Assembly (NCBI RefSeq): GCF_006345805.1 | Contig: NC_042997.1 | Span: 103,974,001-104,038,000, forward strand | From: Octopus sinensis | Taxonomy: Eukaryota | DNA: 64,000 bases | Direction: 5' to 3' | Shown here: positions 51,296 through 64,000 of the stretch, piece after piece | Layout of the letters: each line of letters opens with the position of its first letter | Numbering within the stretch: the first letter of the stretch is position 1 | Notes under the pieces: model-generated | What the model was told of the DNA's origin: nothing | What the model saw: the letters and a program-made list of their open reading frames with translations, nothing else | Database searches by the model: none | Program-made: the position numbers and the translations under genes

Positions 51296-51460
51296 GCGCG
51301 GGATTGGCCGTGTGGTAAGAAATTTGCTTTTCAACCACATGGTTTCGGCTTCAGTCGCACTGTGTGGTACATTGACTAAATATCTTCTACGATTGCCCTG
51401 GGACGACCGGAGTGTTCTGAGTGGATATAGTAGCGGGAAACTGCCAGAAGCTCATGGTAT
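51296..51460 (+). mobile_element. Family B SINE, 5' half
   Basis: Reads TGGCCGTGTGGTAAGAAATTTGCTTTTCAACCACATGG..GTGGAT..GGAAACTG. Similar 5' halves lie at 57398-57525 and 57980-58135 (minus). Confidence 0.8.
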
Positions 51461-51473
51461 ATATATATATGTT

Positions 51474-51561
<88 letters not shown>

Positions 51562-51591
51562 TGTGAGTGTGTGTGTGTATGTGTGTGTATA

Positions 51592-51818
51592 AAAGGCGGC
51601 GAGCTGGCAGAAACGTTAGCACGCCGGGCGAAATGCTTAGCGGTATTTCGCCTGCCGTTACGTTGTGAGTTCAAATTCCGCCGAGGTCGACTTTCATCCT
51701 TTCGGTGTCGATTAAATAAGTACCAGTTACGCGCTGGGGTCGATATAATCGACTTAATCCATTTGTCTGTACTTGTTTGTCCTCTCTGTGTTTAGCCCCT
51801 TGTGGGTAGTAAAGAAAT
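51592..51818 (+). mobile_element. Family A tRNA-derived Meta-type SINE, well-preserved copy
   Basis: Has an A box (TGGCAGAAACG) and a B box (GAGTTCAAATTC). CTTTCATCCTTTCGGTGTCGATTAAATAAGTACCAG resembles the MetaSINE/Sauria-SINE central domain. Confidence 0.92.
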
Positions 51819-52063
51819 GATTGCGAGAGGTCGATTAGATTCCCAGACCAGACGCTGCGTAGTGTTCTTGAGCAAAGCACTTCATTTTACGCTGCACTGC
51901 GTTTATTTCATCATCTGACATGTGACACATGGTACACCTGTACAGGTAATGTTGATTTGCTAGAAAGAGTGAGTTTATGTGAACACAAACATTTGATCAC
52001 TATAAAAAAATCATCTGCGTGTTTATTCGGCAAGAAATTGCCGAACCCTACATCCTCTAACGA

Positions 52064-52452
52064 CAGGAGAGTTGGTGTGTAGTGAGTAGCTTGCTTACCA
52101 ACCACATGGTTCCGGGTTCAGTTCCACTACGTGACACCTTGGGCAAGTGTCTTCTATTATAGCCTCAGGCCAACCAAAGCCTTGTGATTGGATTTGGTAG
52201 AGGAAAACTGAAAGAAGCCCGTCGTATATGTGTATGTATATATATATATGTGTGTGTATGTGTGTGTATGTTTGTTTGTGTTTGTCCTCACACCATCGCT
52301 TGACAACCGATGTTGGTGTGTTTGCGTCCCCGTAATTTAGTGGTTTGGCAAAGGATCCTGATAGGATAAATACTTGGCTTACAAAGAATATCCTGGGTCG
52401 ATTTGTTCGACTAAAGGCGGTGCTCCAGCAAATGATTGAAACAAATAAAAGT
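52064..52452 (+). mobile_element. Family B CORE-type SINE, full length
   Basis: Collinear with 32240-32648. It is preceded by another CORE-like fragment at about 51825-52050 (TGTTCTTGAGCAAAGCACTT). Confidence 0.9.
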
Positions 52453-52470
52453 AATAAATATATATATATG

Positions 52471-52513
<43 letters not shown>

Positions 52514-52813
52514 TATATATATATATATATATATAAACGTATGTGTGGATGTATGTGCGCGCGCGCCCATCTATGAGCGCTTGTGTGTTTGTTTCTCTCT
52601 CCCTACCGCTTGACAACCGTTGTTGGTCTGATAGTCTGATAGAATAAGTACTCATTAAGTTCTTGATCAGTGCTCCAGCACAGCTGCAGTCTAATATAGA
52701 CACGTGATGTGACCATCAGCAAGACACTTTAATTCACCTAGTTCTACTCCATTTAGCTGGCAAAATTGAGTAGTATCTGTAATATGTATAGGTATATGTA
52801 TATATATATATAG

Positions 52814-52940
<127 letters not shown>

Positions 52941-53277
52941 CGTGTACCCTTGAAAAATTTAATTACCACCCTGTTCTGAATAATAGTAATATCCAATAAC
53001 GTACCCTTAAATTTTTTCACGTACTGGTTCATTTACGAGCAAACGCTTACGCAACCAGCCTGGAGTAAAAACACCTTGTGATACTACGAATTTGCATTAT
53101 TTTCACAAATCTCCAAGTCATGATTAGCACAATGCGAAACCGGTAGGCTATATAATATTCTATCTCCTGAAATATATCAAAATACACAAATTGTGTGCAT
53201 TTTCCTACTTTTGTTGTATATTTTTTACTACAACTCACTATATGGAAAATATCTTCAATATATATAATATATTATAT

Positions 53278-53312
<35 letters not shown>

Positions 53313-53383
53313 TCATCAATAAATAATGCGTCGGAAACAGTTGTAGTTAACCTTTAATCCACTTGTGTTCTTATTTTATGTAC

Positions 53384-53467
<84 letters not shown>

Positions 53468-54058
53468 GTATGTTATGCGGGAATTCATGTATGTGTGAAT
53501 GCATGTATGTATTTATATAATATCATCTGGGGAAGAAACTTATAAAATGCATTTAAAAGCTCCCCTACAGTTACCTGCTACCATATGCAATCATGCAGCA
53601 GGAAAGGAAACTCGTTAGAATGCTCATCAGAGTTCATACAAAAATAAAGTGGGAATGAACAGAGTTCTATCCATATAACAACAATTCTTGCTGTGTATTG
53701 ATAGGAATTGTTAGTTGCCGAGTGTTTCGCATATTTTATACATTATTATACAAATATTACATAAATTTGATCCACCAGTGCTCTCAAAGCCACTCACCTG
53801 ATGACGTGCGAATACGCTGCTACTTCTGGCTTATATTTACATAATATTTGTATGAAGATATGTATAGTATATGAAACGCTCAGTAACTCATGCACAGAAG
53901 CAAATGTTGGTATTTGTTTTAAAGTCTGTCCATTTCATCTTCTTTTGTTATTAATTTATATATAAGTAGAGTCATAGATTGATAGATACAGTGATAAATA
54001 GATACACCTTCTGCGTCTGTGTACTCTCTCTGTCTGCCATTCTGTCTGTCTATCTGCT

Positions 54059-54092
<34 letters not shown>

Positions 54093-54559
54093 TTTCTGTG
54101 AGTCTGCCCGTCTCTCTCTCTCTCTGTTTCTCTGTCTGTCTATCTTTGTCCATATATAAAAACTCTAGTTTCACCATCTCTATCACTATTTATAATTCAT
54201 CAAGGTTTTTTTTTTTCCTTCTCCACTCTATGCTTATCACTTTCTAACATGAATTGCTTCCAGGACGACGACCACTACTGCTATCCTCACTACTACTACC
54301 ACTACCAACAACAGCAACTACAACAACGTTACAAACAAAACCAGCGCCGACACCACCGTCGTCGTCCGCCTTCTTCCTCCAAGTCCTCCTCCCTCCACCT
54401 CCTCTCCACCCCCTCTCCTCCTCCTCCTGATCATCATCATCATCACATCGTCTCTGCTGCTGCTGTTCATGTTGATGGTATTACACTTGTTGTCTTAGAT
54501 GTACTGCTGCTGCTACTACCACAACCACCACGACTATCACTACCCCACCACCACGACCG

Positions 54560-54592
<33 letters not shown>

Positions 54593-54640
54593 ACTGCTGC
54601 GCTGCTGCTGCTGTGGCTACCGCCGCCGCCACCACCGCCT

Positions 54641-54700
<60 letters not shown>

Positions 54701-55090
54701 GCATTTTTTCTTTTTTTTTGTAAAATCCGTTTTGGTTGCCGTTTCCTCGGTTCACACCCGGCGACTTTTCATATCTAAGCGGTACTGTTTGTTGTCATTG
54801 CTGAGACAGCCCTAATGAGTCAGAAAACAACATACTGCGAGTGTCATACAGTGACCAACATATGTCTTTTACACGTGCGTTTTTGGACCGTTCGCTTTAG
54901 TAGTATCTCGTCTCCACTTTCGAGTTAAGCGAAGTATAAGCACACAAGCGCATACGCCCACACCCATAAATCTGTGAATGTATATGCTTGTCGATGTATG
55001 CATGTAATGTACGTAAGGATGGATGCGCTTATGTGTGTGTGTTGTGGCATAATACATATATACACATACATACATGCATACATATGTAAA

Positions 55091-55147
<57 letters not shown>

Positions 55148-55234
55148 ATAGCTATGCTTAAATGCATAATTGTTTCTAAAACTTATTAATACACATGTAC
55201 CACATGTATATATGTGTATGAACATATATGCGTG

Positions 55235-55283
<49 letters not shown>

Positions 55284-56059
55284 ATATATCAACAGGGAGA
55301 CAGTGAGAGATGGCGTTAGATATTTAAAGACTATACATACATACATATATATATGTGTGTGTGTGTGTGTGTATACGTATACATACATATACATGCATAT
55401 ATATATATATGTATATATATGTACGTAAGTTTATGTGGATTCACTTATTAATTTATTTATGTTTGATGCCTCTAGTCATGTGATTGCGACCAGCTTTACT
55501 AGGGTTATGTACGTATGTGTTTACATATGTATATATGCATGTGCTTTTGTGTGTGCTAGTTGTGTGTATGTGTGTATGTGTTGAGTGTGTGTGTGTGTGT
55601 GTGTTGAGTGTGTGTGTGTGTGTGTACGTATGAGTGCGCGTACATATTTAAAATGGCTCACATTAAAACCACATGTTGAGACATTTTAAGAACTTCCAAT
55701 ATTTCCTGAAAAAAGCAACAAATTATTAATTGCCTCGGCCAAACAATGATGGCAAAACGCAGGCTCTTTTCCCTTTTCTTATTCGCCCTTTCATTCGTTC
55801 CTTGTTTTTCTTTTTGTTTGCGATATTTTTTTTATCGTATTGCTCATTTCCCCTGCATTTCTCGTTTAACATTGTAAAGTTCGACAGATAACATTGGATG
55901 ACTGTTAGCTTCTTCAATACTACTGTTTGGATTGATTCCCCAGGAAAGATAAATAAGGGCATAACTGCATACTTGTTATCACTTTCTTAAGTAGAATAGC
56001 AACAACTACCACTACAGCTGCGGCTTCTGTTGGTGCTGCTAAAGCTGATAATAATGATT

Positions 56060-56430
56060 ATCCTTTATATTATAGGCACAAGGGCCGAAGTTTTAGGGGA
56101 GGGGGACTCGTCGATTAGATCAACCCCAGAATTTCACTGGTACTTTGAATGAAAGGCAAAGTCGACCTCGGCGGAATTTTATCCACTATGCTAACGATTC
56201 TGTTTGCTCGCCGCCATGATATAATAGTAACTGTAGTTTCAAATTTTGCCACAAGGGTAGCAATTTGGTGGGGGGCGGAGGAGAGGAGTCAAATACATCG
56301 ACCCCAGTGTTTCACTGGTACTTAAGGCAAAGTTGACCTCGGCGGAATTTGAACTCAGAATATAACGACGAGCGAAATCCCGCTAAGCACTTCGTCCAGC
56401 GTGCTATCGATTGTGCCAGCTCACCGTCTC
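56060..56430 (-). mobile_element. Two family A SINE copies
   Basis: GGCAAAGT(C/T)GACCTCGGCGGAATTT occurs at about 56155 and 56326. Heads GCTCGCCGCC and GCCAGCTCACCG are present. Confidence 0.85.
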
Positions 56431-56507
56431 GTTAATAATAATAATAATAACAATAACAACAACAACAACAACAATAATAATAATCCGTTACATTCTCCAT
56501 GCATTCT

Positions 56508-57394
56508 AAAGAATGCATGGTCAATTTCATAGGGATGTTGAAGTGATTTAAAACCGGAAACGGAGGCTCTAATCTGTGCTGCCCAAGAGCAAGCACTAAG
56601 AACAAACTACATAAAATACAGAATAGACGACATAGCAGAAAGGTGTAAGTGCAGAATATATGGACAAAACGGTGAAACCGTATGGCATATTACCAGCCAA
56701 TGTACACCACTAGCCTAGAAGGAATATAAGAGACGCCACAACAATATAGCCAGGCTTGTCCATTGGACACTTTGCAACAAGTATGGACTTGACAGAGCAA
56801 AACATTTGTACGACCACAAACCTGAAGGCATTGCTGGATATAGAAATGTAAAGATCCTAAGGGATTTTATGATTCAGTGCGACCATGAGATTGAGAATAG
56901 GAAGCCGGACATTGTCTTAATTGAGAAAGAAAACAAACTATACTGGATCATAGACATAGCATGCCCAGCTGACAACAAGGTATGTGATAAGAAAGAAAGA
57001 AATGTCGAGAGACAGGTTAGCTTGGGAAGTTAAGTAGTTGTGACCGATGAAAAAGGTAGCAGTAGTACCAATAATTGTCGGGCCCCTGGGAACATTGAGC
57101 AAAAATCTCGAGAAGTACATGGAAGAAATAGGAGCTGCAATAAGGGTGGAGCACTTGCAGAAAACAGCACTGCTTGGAACCGCTCGAATACTCCAGAAGG
57201 TGCTTTGGCTGAAGAGATGCCACACGGTGCATGAAAGACTAGCAGCTGAATTGAATGAGTGTGTCCAGAAAGGTACAGTTCCCGCGGGGATGATGTCTGG
57301 GAGGACAACACTAATAATGAAAGATAGAAGAAATGGGAATATTGTGGGAAACTACCGTCCATTAGCATGCCTAAATATAATCTGGAAGATACTC
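56508..57394 (+). mobile_element. R4/Dong-like non-LTR retrotransposon relic (zinc knuckle and RLE) fused to an RT N-terminal piece
   Basis: Reads MHGQF..DLKPETEALICAAQEQALRTNYIK..KCRIYG..ETVWHITSQC..YKRRHN..RKPDIVLI..IIDIACP..VPIIVGPLG..LQKTALLGTARILQKVL. From 57206 it continues WLK..HERL..GRTTLIMKD..NYRPLACLNIIWKIL. It is preceded by (AAT/AAC)n. Confidence 0.92.
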
Positions 57395-59293
57395 TATGAA
57401 ATCCACTCAGAAGGGTTTGGTTGGCCGGCGGCCATAGTAGAAGACACTTGCCCAAGGTACCACACAGTGGTACTGAACCCGGAACCTTTTGGTTGGGAAG
57501 CAAGCTTCTTACCACTCGGCCACGTCTCGAAATAAATATTGTAGATGATATGGTCGACTAAAATCCCTTGAAAGCTTCATTTATCTTAACATGAAAGTAG
57601 TCCAGTGACAAACATGAGTAAAATATAAAAGAATAAAATATATTAGAAACTTAATCATTTTATCGAATCGAATCATTTCTTGATTTTATTCATATTTATT
57701 CTGATAGCAAAATATTGAATCTGACCTTTGCAGTGATGTCTTTCTGAAATATACTTAAAAACACTTCGTTGGTGGTTGCATCGAATATATGGAACCTAAT
57801 AATTTTAAATTAATGTTTAATTTAATGTTGTAGAACAACAGAAAATGGTTCCTTAAATCAAGAACATAACACATTTCTTTTAGAGGAAGAATATTTTCCT
57901 TTACATGTGCAAAGCATGAAAAATCAACGCATACAAAGACGCATCACATATACTTACACACGCATTAATTTATTTATTTGTACGATGGACTTCTGTACAG
58001 TCTTCGTCAATCAAATTTACTCACAGCCCATTGCTCGGTCCTGGATTTTAGGGGAGACGCAAGCCCAAATTGCCACACAGTGAGAATTAGCTTAAAACTG
58101 CACAGTATCGAAAAAGACTTCTTAATCATATAGTTACGTTTATTAAAACTATATACACATGCTCATATTTATGTACGAAGCTTAGAAGCGAGGTAATATT
58201 GATCTCAGAACAGCACTGCCTTTACTGCAGGCAATCTGTCTGATCCATCACCATTTCCTCTTTGAAGATATGTGGCTTTCTTGTTTAAAAAAAAAGTAAG
58301 TCATTAAATTTAGTGCATCTCGCAATACCAATATCAACTTTTGTTAATTGACCTGAAAACCCTCTATTCATTTAACCAACTCTATAACCAAATCAGGTGA
58401 ATCCAACGACGGGACTTCTACATATCATTTGCCATGTTAGAAAGGTAACAAAAGTTTATTAAAACCACACCGCCGTCTTTAAAATTACTTCAAATTTTGT
58501 GGAAATATAAATGGCAGTTTTCAAATTGGTTTTAGAAAAATAATGGTAACTTCTTCTACGGCTTACCCCCTATTTCAATTCTGCTCCTACGTTGGATAAA
58601 AGAACAATTGTTTTAATTAACTATTAAAGAAAAGATGAGAATATAATCTACATCTAGAAGTAGCTGTAAAATGAATTAGATTCATTAGTTAATTACTAGA
58701 TGCCTACGTTATCGACTCGGGAATGATGTAAGACATTGTATTGAGCGCAGTTTGAACTTTAATATATAAACAACCAAATCAGGCATCGTAAATTATTTCT
58801 TCTAGTACTCATCCGTTTGTGCTACTTCAGCTCTTGTACCGACGCCATCATATATGCATTATCTATACAATTATTAAGCTGTCTTCTTGCCTATATCTGA
58901 ATAAAAATGAGAACGACAGCCACAATAAATAAGAACAACAGCAACAAGATCAGTAACCACATTGACAAAGACTACATAACAAAACACTTTCCATATCTCT
59001 TGTGCCAAGCTTTCACAATAAGCAATAATTCTTTTTGTGACTCTAATCACCGAAATGTTGACATCTCTCTCTTATCGTTACCATTGTTCCTGACACATGT
59101 TTCCATATACCAAAACGCCTCCCTTGCCTCCATCGCAAACCGACATACTTATTTATGACTCCAAAAGCGTCTACACACAGATTAGTACGCCAGGTCACCA
59201 CCAGGTGACGCTCAATGAGTTTTTTAGTTTAGTAAATTTTCAATAAACGTCCACAGTGTACACGTTAAATAAACCTAGGTTGAGGGAGATCTT

Positions 59294-59325
<32 letters not shown>

Positions 59326-59456
59326 CTTCTTCTTCTTCTTCTTCTTCTCCTCCTCCTCCTTCTCCTCCTCCTTTCCTCATCATCAACAACATCTTCATTA
59401 TCATCAACCGTCCACCTCCTCTATCTCCTCCTCTATCTCCTCCTCTACTTCCTCCA

Positions 59457-59508
<52 letters not shown>

Positions 59509-59655
59509 ACAATAATAATACTGCCGCTGCTGTTGCTTCCACAGCTGCTACTGCTGCTGCCGCCGTCGCTGCTGCTGCCAGTGCGACTGCTGTCACTACT
59601 ACTGCCGCTACTGCCGCTGGTGCTAGTGATGCTGGGGCTGCTGGTGCTGCTGCTG

Positions 59656-59703
<48 letters not shown>

Positions 59704-60415
59704 TTTCTCCTTCTGCTGTTGCTGCTGTTGCTTCCAACTGCTGCCGCTGCACCTTTGTGATCCTTTTTTTTCCTCCCCTTTCCACTTAACATTGCAACCA
59801 ACACTTATCACCGCCTCCTCTTCGACCTCATCAGCCTACATCACACTGATTCTGTACAACACCCTATTCCTACCCATTCCCGCCCCAATTTCCCATCCAC
59901 AATTCAAAAACAAACCAAAGTAAATATAAAATAAAAACTGTTTTACCTTGCCCACCATCAACTAACTACATCTGCTTTTTCTACCTCTTTTATAATTTTC
60001 TTCTCTTCTTTTTCAATTAGTTACTTTCCCTCCGCTTTCATTTAACATTTTTCATTTCTCTCTCAACATAGAACATATTAACCCCACCTTTTCCTACGCC
60101 GCCTCTTTTTTTTTTCTTTTTCTTCAGTTTTCACATTAAGATATTCATTCATCCATAAAAGGTAGGAATTCTGTCACTACTCCATCTGTCGAGCCGAACC
60201 ATAGATTAGTTGACATGTGCCGGACAGACGCTGGCGAACAGTTTTTAAATGGCCAAGTGGAGCTGGATACGAAAGAAAAAATCCGCAGTAAAACAAACAC
60301 GGTCAGTGTTATAAAACATGGTAAAAGGTGAATGGACGTGTCGAGAAGCGAAAACGTTAACATTTATACATACATAGATCTCTTCGTTTGTAATGAGCTA
60401 GTTCCAAGTATGTGC

Positions 60416-60469
<54 letters not shown>

Positions 60470-62492
60470 TTGTGTGTGTGTGTGTAAGTGTGTATATTTG
60501 TATGCATGCATTTATGTGTGTGTGTGTGTATATATATATGTATTAAATCTCTGCCTGTCTGTCTCTCTCTCTCTTCGTATATGTGTGTGTGTGTGTAAAT
60601 GTATGTTCATATATATATACACACACACACACATTATATATAAATATATATACAATTACGCAATTGTGCAAGAGTATACACACATTGAAACACACAAATA
60701 GAGATATGTGTGTCAGTTTTGTTTTGTGTGTGTGTATGTGTGTGTGTGTGTGTGTATGTGTGTGTGTGTGTGCGTGTGTGTGTGAGTGAGTGTGTGTGTC
60801 TGCGGAGTACTTTAACACAGTCTCTCTGTTCTCTCTTTTTCACTCCCTTCAAAGACATACACACTTTAGCAAAAAAAAAAAAGCACGAACATTCTCATAT
60901 AAACACATATACAAATAATGATGAAGATCGGAAAGCGATGGGCTGTTTTCGAGACATCATAAATACTCCTCACATCAGCTTTGAATTCACCATTTGTGAC
61001 CTTTCCCAAATTTATGCTGTCATTGACCTCGAAGTGAAGATAGCAGCAACTTTCATGTCTGTCAACTGGCTGTTAGTTGTTCGCGTGTTACAATTGGCTG
61101 TCATCATTTCAATGATAGAAGTAGCAACCAGTAGTGATGATAACGGAAGAAGAACGTGACCACTGCCATTTCTATCATCTCCCCACCCTTCATTGTCACA
61201 TCCATATACCGAGCATGAAACAACAACAACAATTGTAAAATTTACAATATTGACAAAAGCAATAAATGTCGATTTGTGCCAACCACAACTAACCATTTTC
61301 CATGTTCTATGGTTAAGCTGAAATAGCTTGTGGTCGATGACAGACATAATGGTGACGCGGAAAATGCAAACTATTTTTCATGATGATAACCACTATACTT
61401 TGAAAGATCGTGGTGACTTGCAAATGAAATTTTGTTTGCTGATAATCAAATGAAAAACCAACTTTAAAGACCACATCTGACACTGTATAAAGCTGTGCGA
61501 TTCATTCTATGTATCCTAAAAAAATGAACCTGAATTAATTGCTACAATAATAGGGTCATTCATAATCTCAGTTTTCTTAAATTGTGCAGAATGTGAAACC
61601 ACAGGAGCTTCTCCATGGGCATGTATTCTTGCATTCATCGATTTACAGCTATTCAAAAAAACAAAACAAAAAAAAAACCCATTGATCTCAGTGGGAACAG
61701 CAAAACTCTTTTCTTCAGAAATAACTAATAAAAATATTATTTTCTAAAAGTTTTAAAACTAGCTAGAACATACTCTGAAGCTCCACTATAAAGCTATATA
61801 TTTCTCATCAAATCCATCTACATTTACAGCATCTCCTGCTCTATCTGTCCTCTGTACATCAGTCAAACAGGACATCGTTTAGCTGACGGGTTCGCGGAGT
61901 ATCTCCGAGAGATTGGACTCGGCAATACCATCCCGGTCTCGCGCCATTTCCGCTCTACCGGTCATTCATTACAACACTTGTCTGTGTTCGGATTGTCTTT
62001 GCACAGGGGCATCCGGACTCTCGCCTTCACCGTGAACAAGAATTAATCTTCTCTCTTCGTTCCTTTGCGCCACATGGGCTCAACTTTGTTCCCTCCTACC
62101 CACCTCCTCCCTTTATCTACACCCACTTCATCCACACCCTACCCCCACATATCCCACCCTCACACCCCATCCTTACACCCCAACACCACCACACCACACA
62201 CCACCACATCACATCACCCCGCACACACTAGCACTGAACCACACCATCATCCCCACATTACAGACGCACACACATACACACACTTCAAAGTCACCAACCC
62301 CTATCCACACGCACACACACACACTCTCATAATCACACTCGCACGCACCTTTTGTTTTGGAGTCACCAATACTTTATCATCTCCCCTTCTTCCTAGATCT
62401 CCTGTCTAACTACCTTTGTCCAGCCAGTCACCATGATTGACCGCCAGCTCCACATTTTTTAAAATTCTTTCTCTGGTCATTTCATTGTGTTC

Positions 62493-62528
62493 CTTTCTGT
62501 TGAAGAGCGTAGGCTCGAAACGTAAAAG
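62493..62528 (+). ncRNA. Minimal hammerhead-like motif, A6U variant
   Basis: Reads CTTT-CTGTTGA-A-GAGC(GTAG)GCTC-GAAA-CG-TA-AAAG. Confidence 0.68.
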
Positions 62529-62742
62529 ACTTTCTCACCTTTCAAGAGTCAAACAAATACACCAGTTTGTTGTTTATACATCTATCTCCGTCTTTTGTTT
62601 TTCTGTAAATTTCAACTATACATACATACATACATACATACATACATACATACATACATACATACATACATACATACATGCATGCATACATACATACATA
62701 CATACATACATACATACATACATACATACATACATACATACA

Positions 62743-62776
<34 letters not shown>

Positions 62777-62858
62777 CATACATAAGAGACGCCATGATAG
62801 ATCGTTAGCCACTACATACATTTTTCCCTCCTTTTTTCTCTTCTTGTTTTCTGTGTCC

Positions 62859-62893
62859 CTTTCTGTAGAAGAGCGTAGGCTCGAAACGTAAAG
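62859..62893 (+). ncRNA. Minimal hammerhead-like motif, A6U variant (second tandem copy)
   Basis: Reads CTTT-CTGTAGA-A-GAGC(GTAG)GCTC-GAAA-CG-TA-AAG. Confidence 0.65.
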
Positions 62894-62995
62894 TACTTTT
62901 TCTATTCCTAACCGTTATACTAATACATCTGTTTGTTTTGTACACCACCCGTCTTCGTCTTTTGTTTGTTTTCCCGTAAACTCTCCCCATACATA

Positions 62996-63205
62996 AGAGG
63001 GTACTGAAAAGTTCTTGGCTTTGGGTAAAAGAAAATTCAGGCGGATCAATTAATTAGGACTTTATTCAACATATTGCCCTCTCGGATTCACTTGTTGCAG
63101 CAGCCCTTCAGTTTTCTGTGCCCTGTGAAAGGACTCGGAAGTTTCGGCTTCCACCTAGGCCTTTTGCGCTATCCTTATAGCCAGGAGCTTTTCAACACAC
63201 CCTCG
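62996..63205 (-). mobile_element. Mariner-derived MITE, second copy
   Basis: TIRs are AGAGGGTACTGAAAAGTTCTTGGCT and AGCCAGGAGCTTTTCAACACACCCTCG, with TA flanks. It is the reverse complement of 14089-14302. Confidence 0.85.
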
Positions 63206-64000
63206 TATATGCATGTATGTATGCATGCATGCATGAATGTATGTATGCGTGTGTATTTGCAGAGAGGGAGAGAAGTGGGGAGGAAAGGAAAAGAGTGGGT
63301 TAGCTAAATGCTTGGAAGTAATATCAAAATGATAGAATTCCACCTGTCGAGAGTAGCAGACAGCAATCTAGCTAATTCAAACGAACCGACAGGTATTAGT
63401 GTTTCATATATTTTCTTATGTGTTTTTATAATCAAAGTTTCTTCCGAAGGATATTATTCTAGAGAAGAAATTTAATTAAATTTATGCGCGGTCGCAAACC
63501 ATTGTATACTTTCATCTTTGAGCATTGTAGAAAATACTAGTCACCCTTTACAAATCAACAACGCCTCGAAGACACTGAAGCGAATCGCATTTATTCGTAT
63601 AAAAACTACAATATACAGAATAGAAATTGTATTATGCAACATTTTCATCATTTTCGACAGCAGGAGTGATAGAAAAATGTGAAATAGATATAACCTTTTT
63701 ACGACAATCGGTCTTTTTCTTATCTCACACGAACACACGAATTGTAACCCTTCACTACAACATTATACTGCTGGTGTATTTTAAATAATCATTTTTGATT
63801 AAATTATATTAAACTACTTTTTCAGTACCGTTAACCAGCCTGAGCAAATTAACGATGAAATTCATGCCTTTTCTCAAATTGTAAGAAAAAAAAAGGCTTC
63901 AGCTTTTTGAAACCCGTCATTAAAAAGCGACACACTAAACCATTTTGTTATTATAGACCTTCTTCATTAAAAGTATCTTTGTGCTAAAGGAAAACAACCA

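Larger units (their letters stand above)
61810..62990 (+). mobile_element. Penelope-like element 3' part: GIY-YIG domain, C/A-rich tract and two tandem pLTR segments
   Basis: Reads IYSISCSICPLYISQTGHRLADGFAEYLREI..PVSRHFRSTGHSLQHLSVFGL..REQELIFSLRSFAPHGLN. Two HHR-bearing repeats are separated by (TACA)n at 62599-62782. Confidence 0.92.

Noticed and set aside
53797-53890. CTGATGA and TGAAGA..GAAAC resembling a hammerhead
   Set aside because: It is better explained as the loop and arm of the 53679-53909 palindrome, and consistent stems I and III are missing.
54249-54723. His/Gln/Pro/Tyr-rich ORFs resembling transcription-factor low-complexity regions (also 59240-59804)
   Set aside because: They are mosaics of trinucleotide repeats open in several frames on both strands, with no folded domain.

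Overview
This is AT-rich, microsatellite-saturated, non-genic animal DNA. It is almost certainly from an octopus (coleoid cephalopod), inferred from the SINE families and repeat landscape. I could not recognise a host protein-coding exon, rRNA, true tRNA or CRISPR array, and nearly all listed ORFs are translations of simple repeats. The window is a transposon graveyard containing: three tRNA-derived SINE families (two CORE-type, one Meta-type, about 30 copies); Penelope-like retroelement (PLE) fragments (one RT, two GIY-YIG ends); four R4/Dong-like RLE-LINE fragments in (TAA)n tracts; a CR1-like fragment; a DD37D (maT) transposon relic; Tc1, mariner and hAT MITEs; a Helitron; and Helentron-type (HINE) elements. 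The most interesting hidden signal is a set of type I hammerhead-ribozyme (HHR) motifs in PLE terminal repeats and in short elements inserted at (TA)n/(TACA)n tracts. These include one motif with a fully canonical core (16967-17027), a family-wide A6U variant, a U4C variant and long-stem-II relics. A hAT MITE whose transposase C-terminal remnant closely resembles primate MER1/Charlie3 is also notable. All structures were folded and aligned by eye and need computational confirmation.
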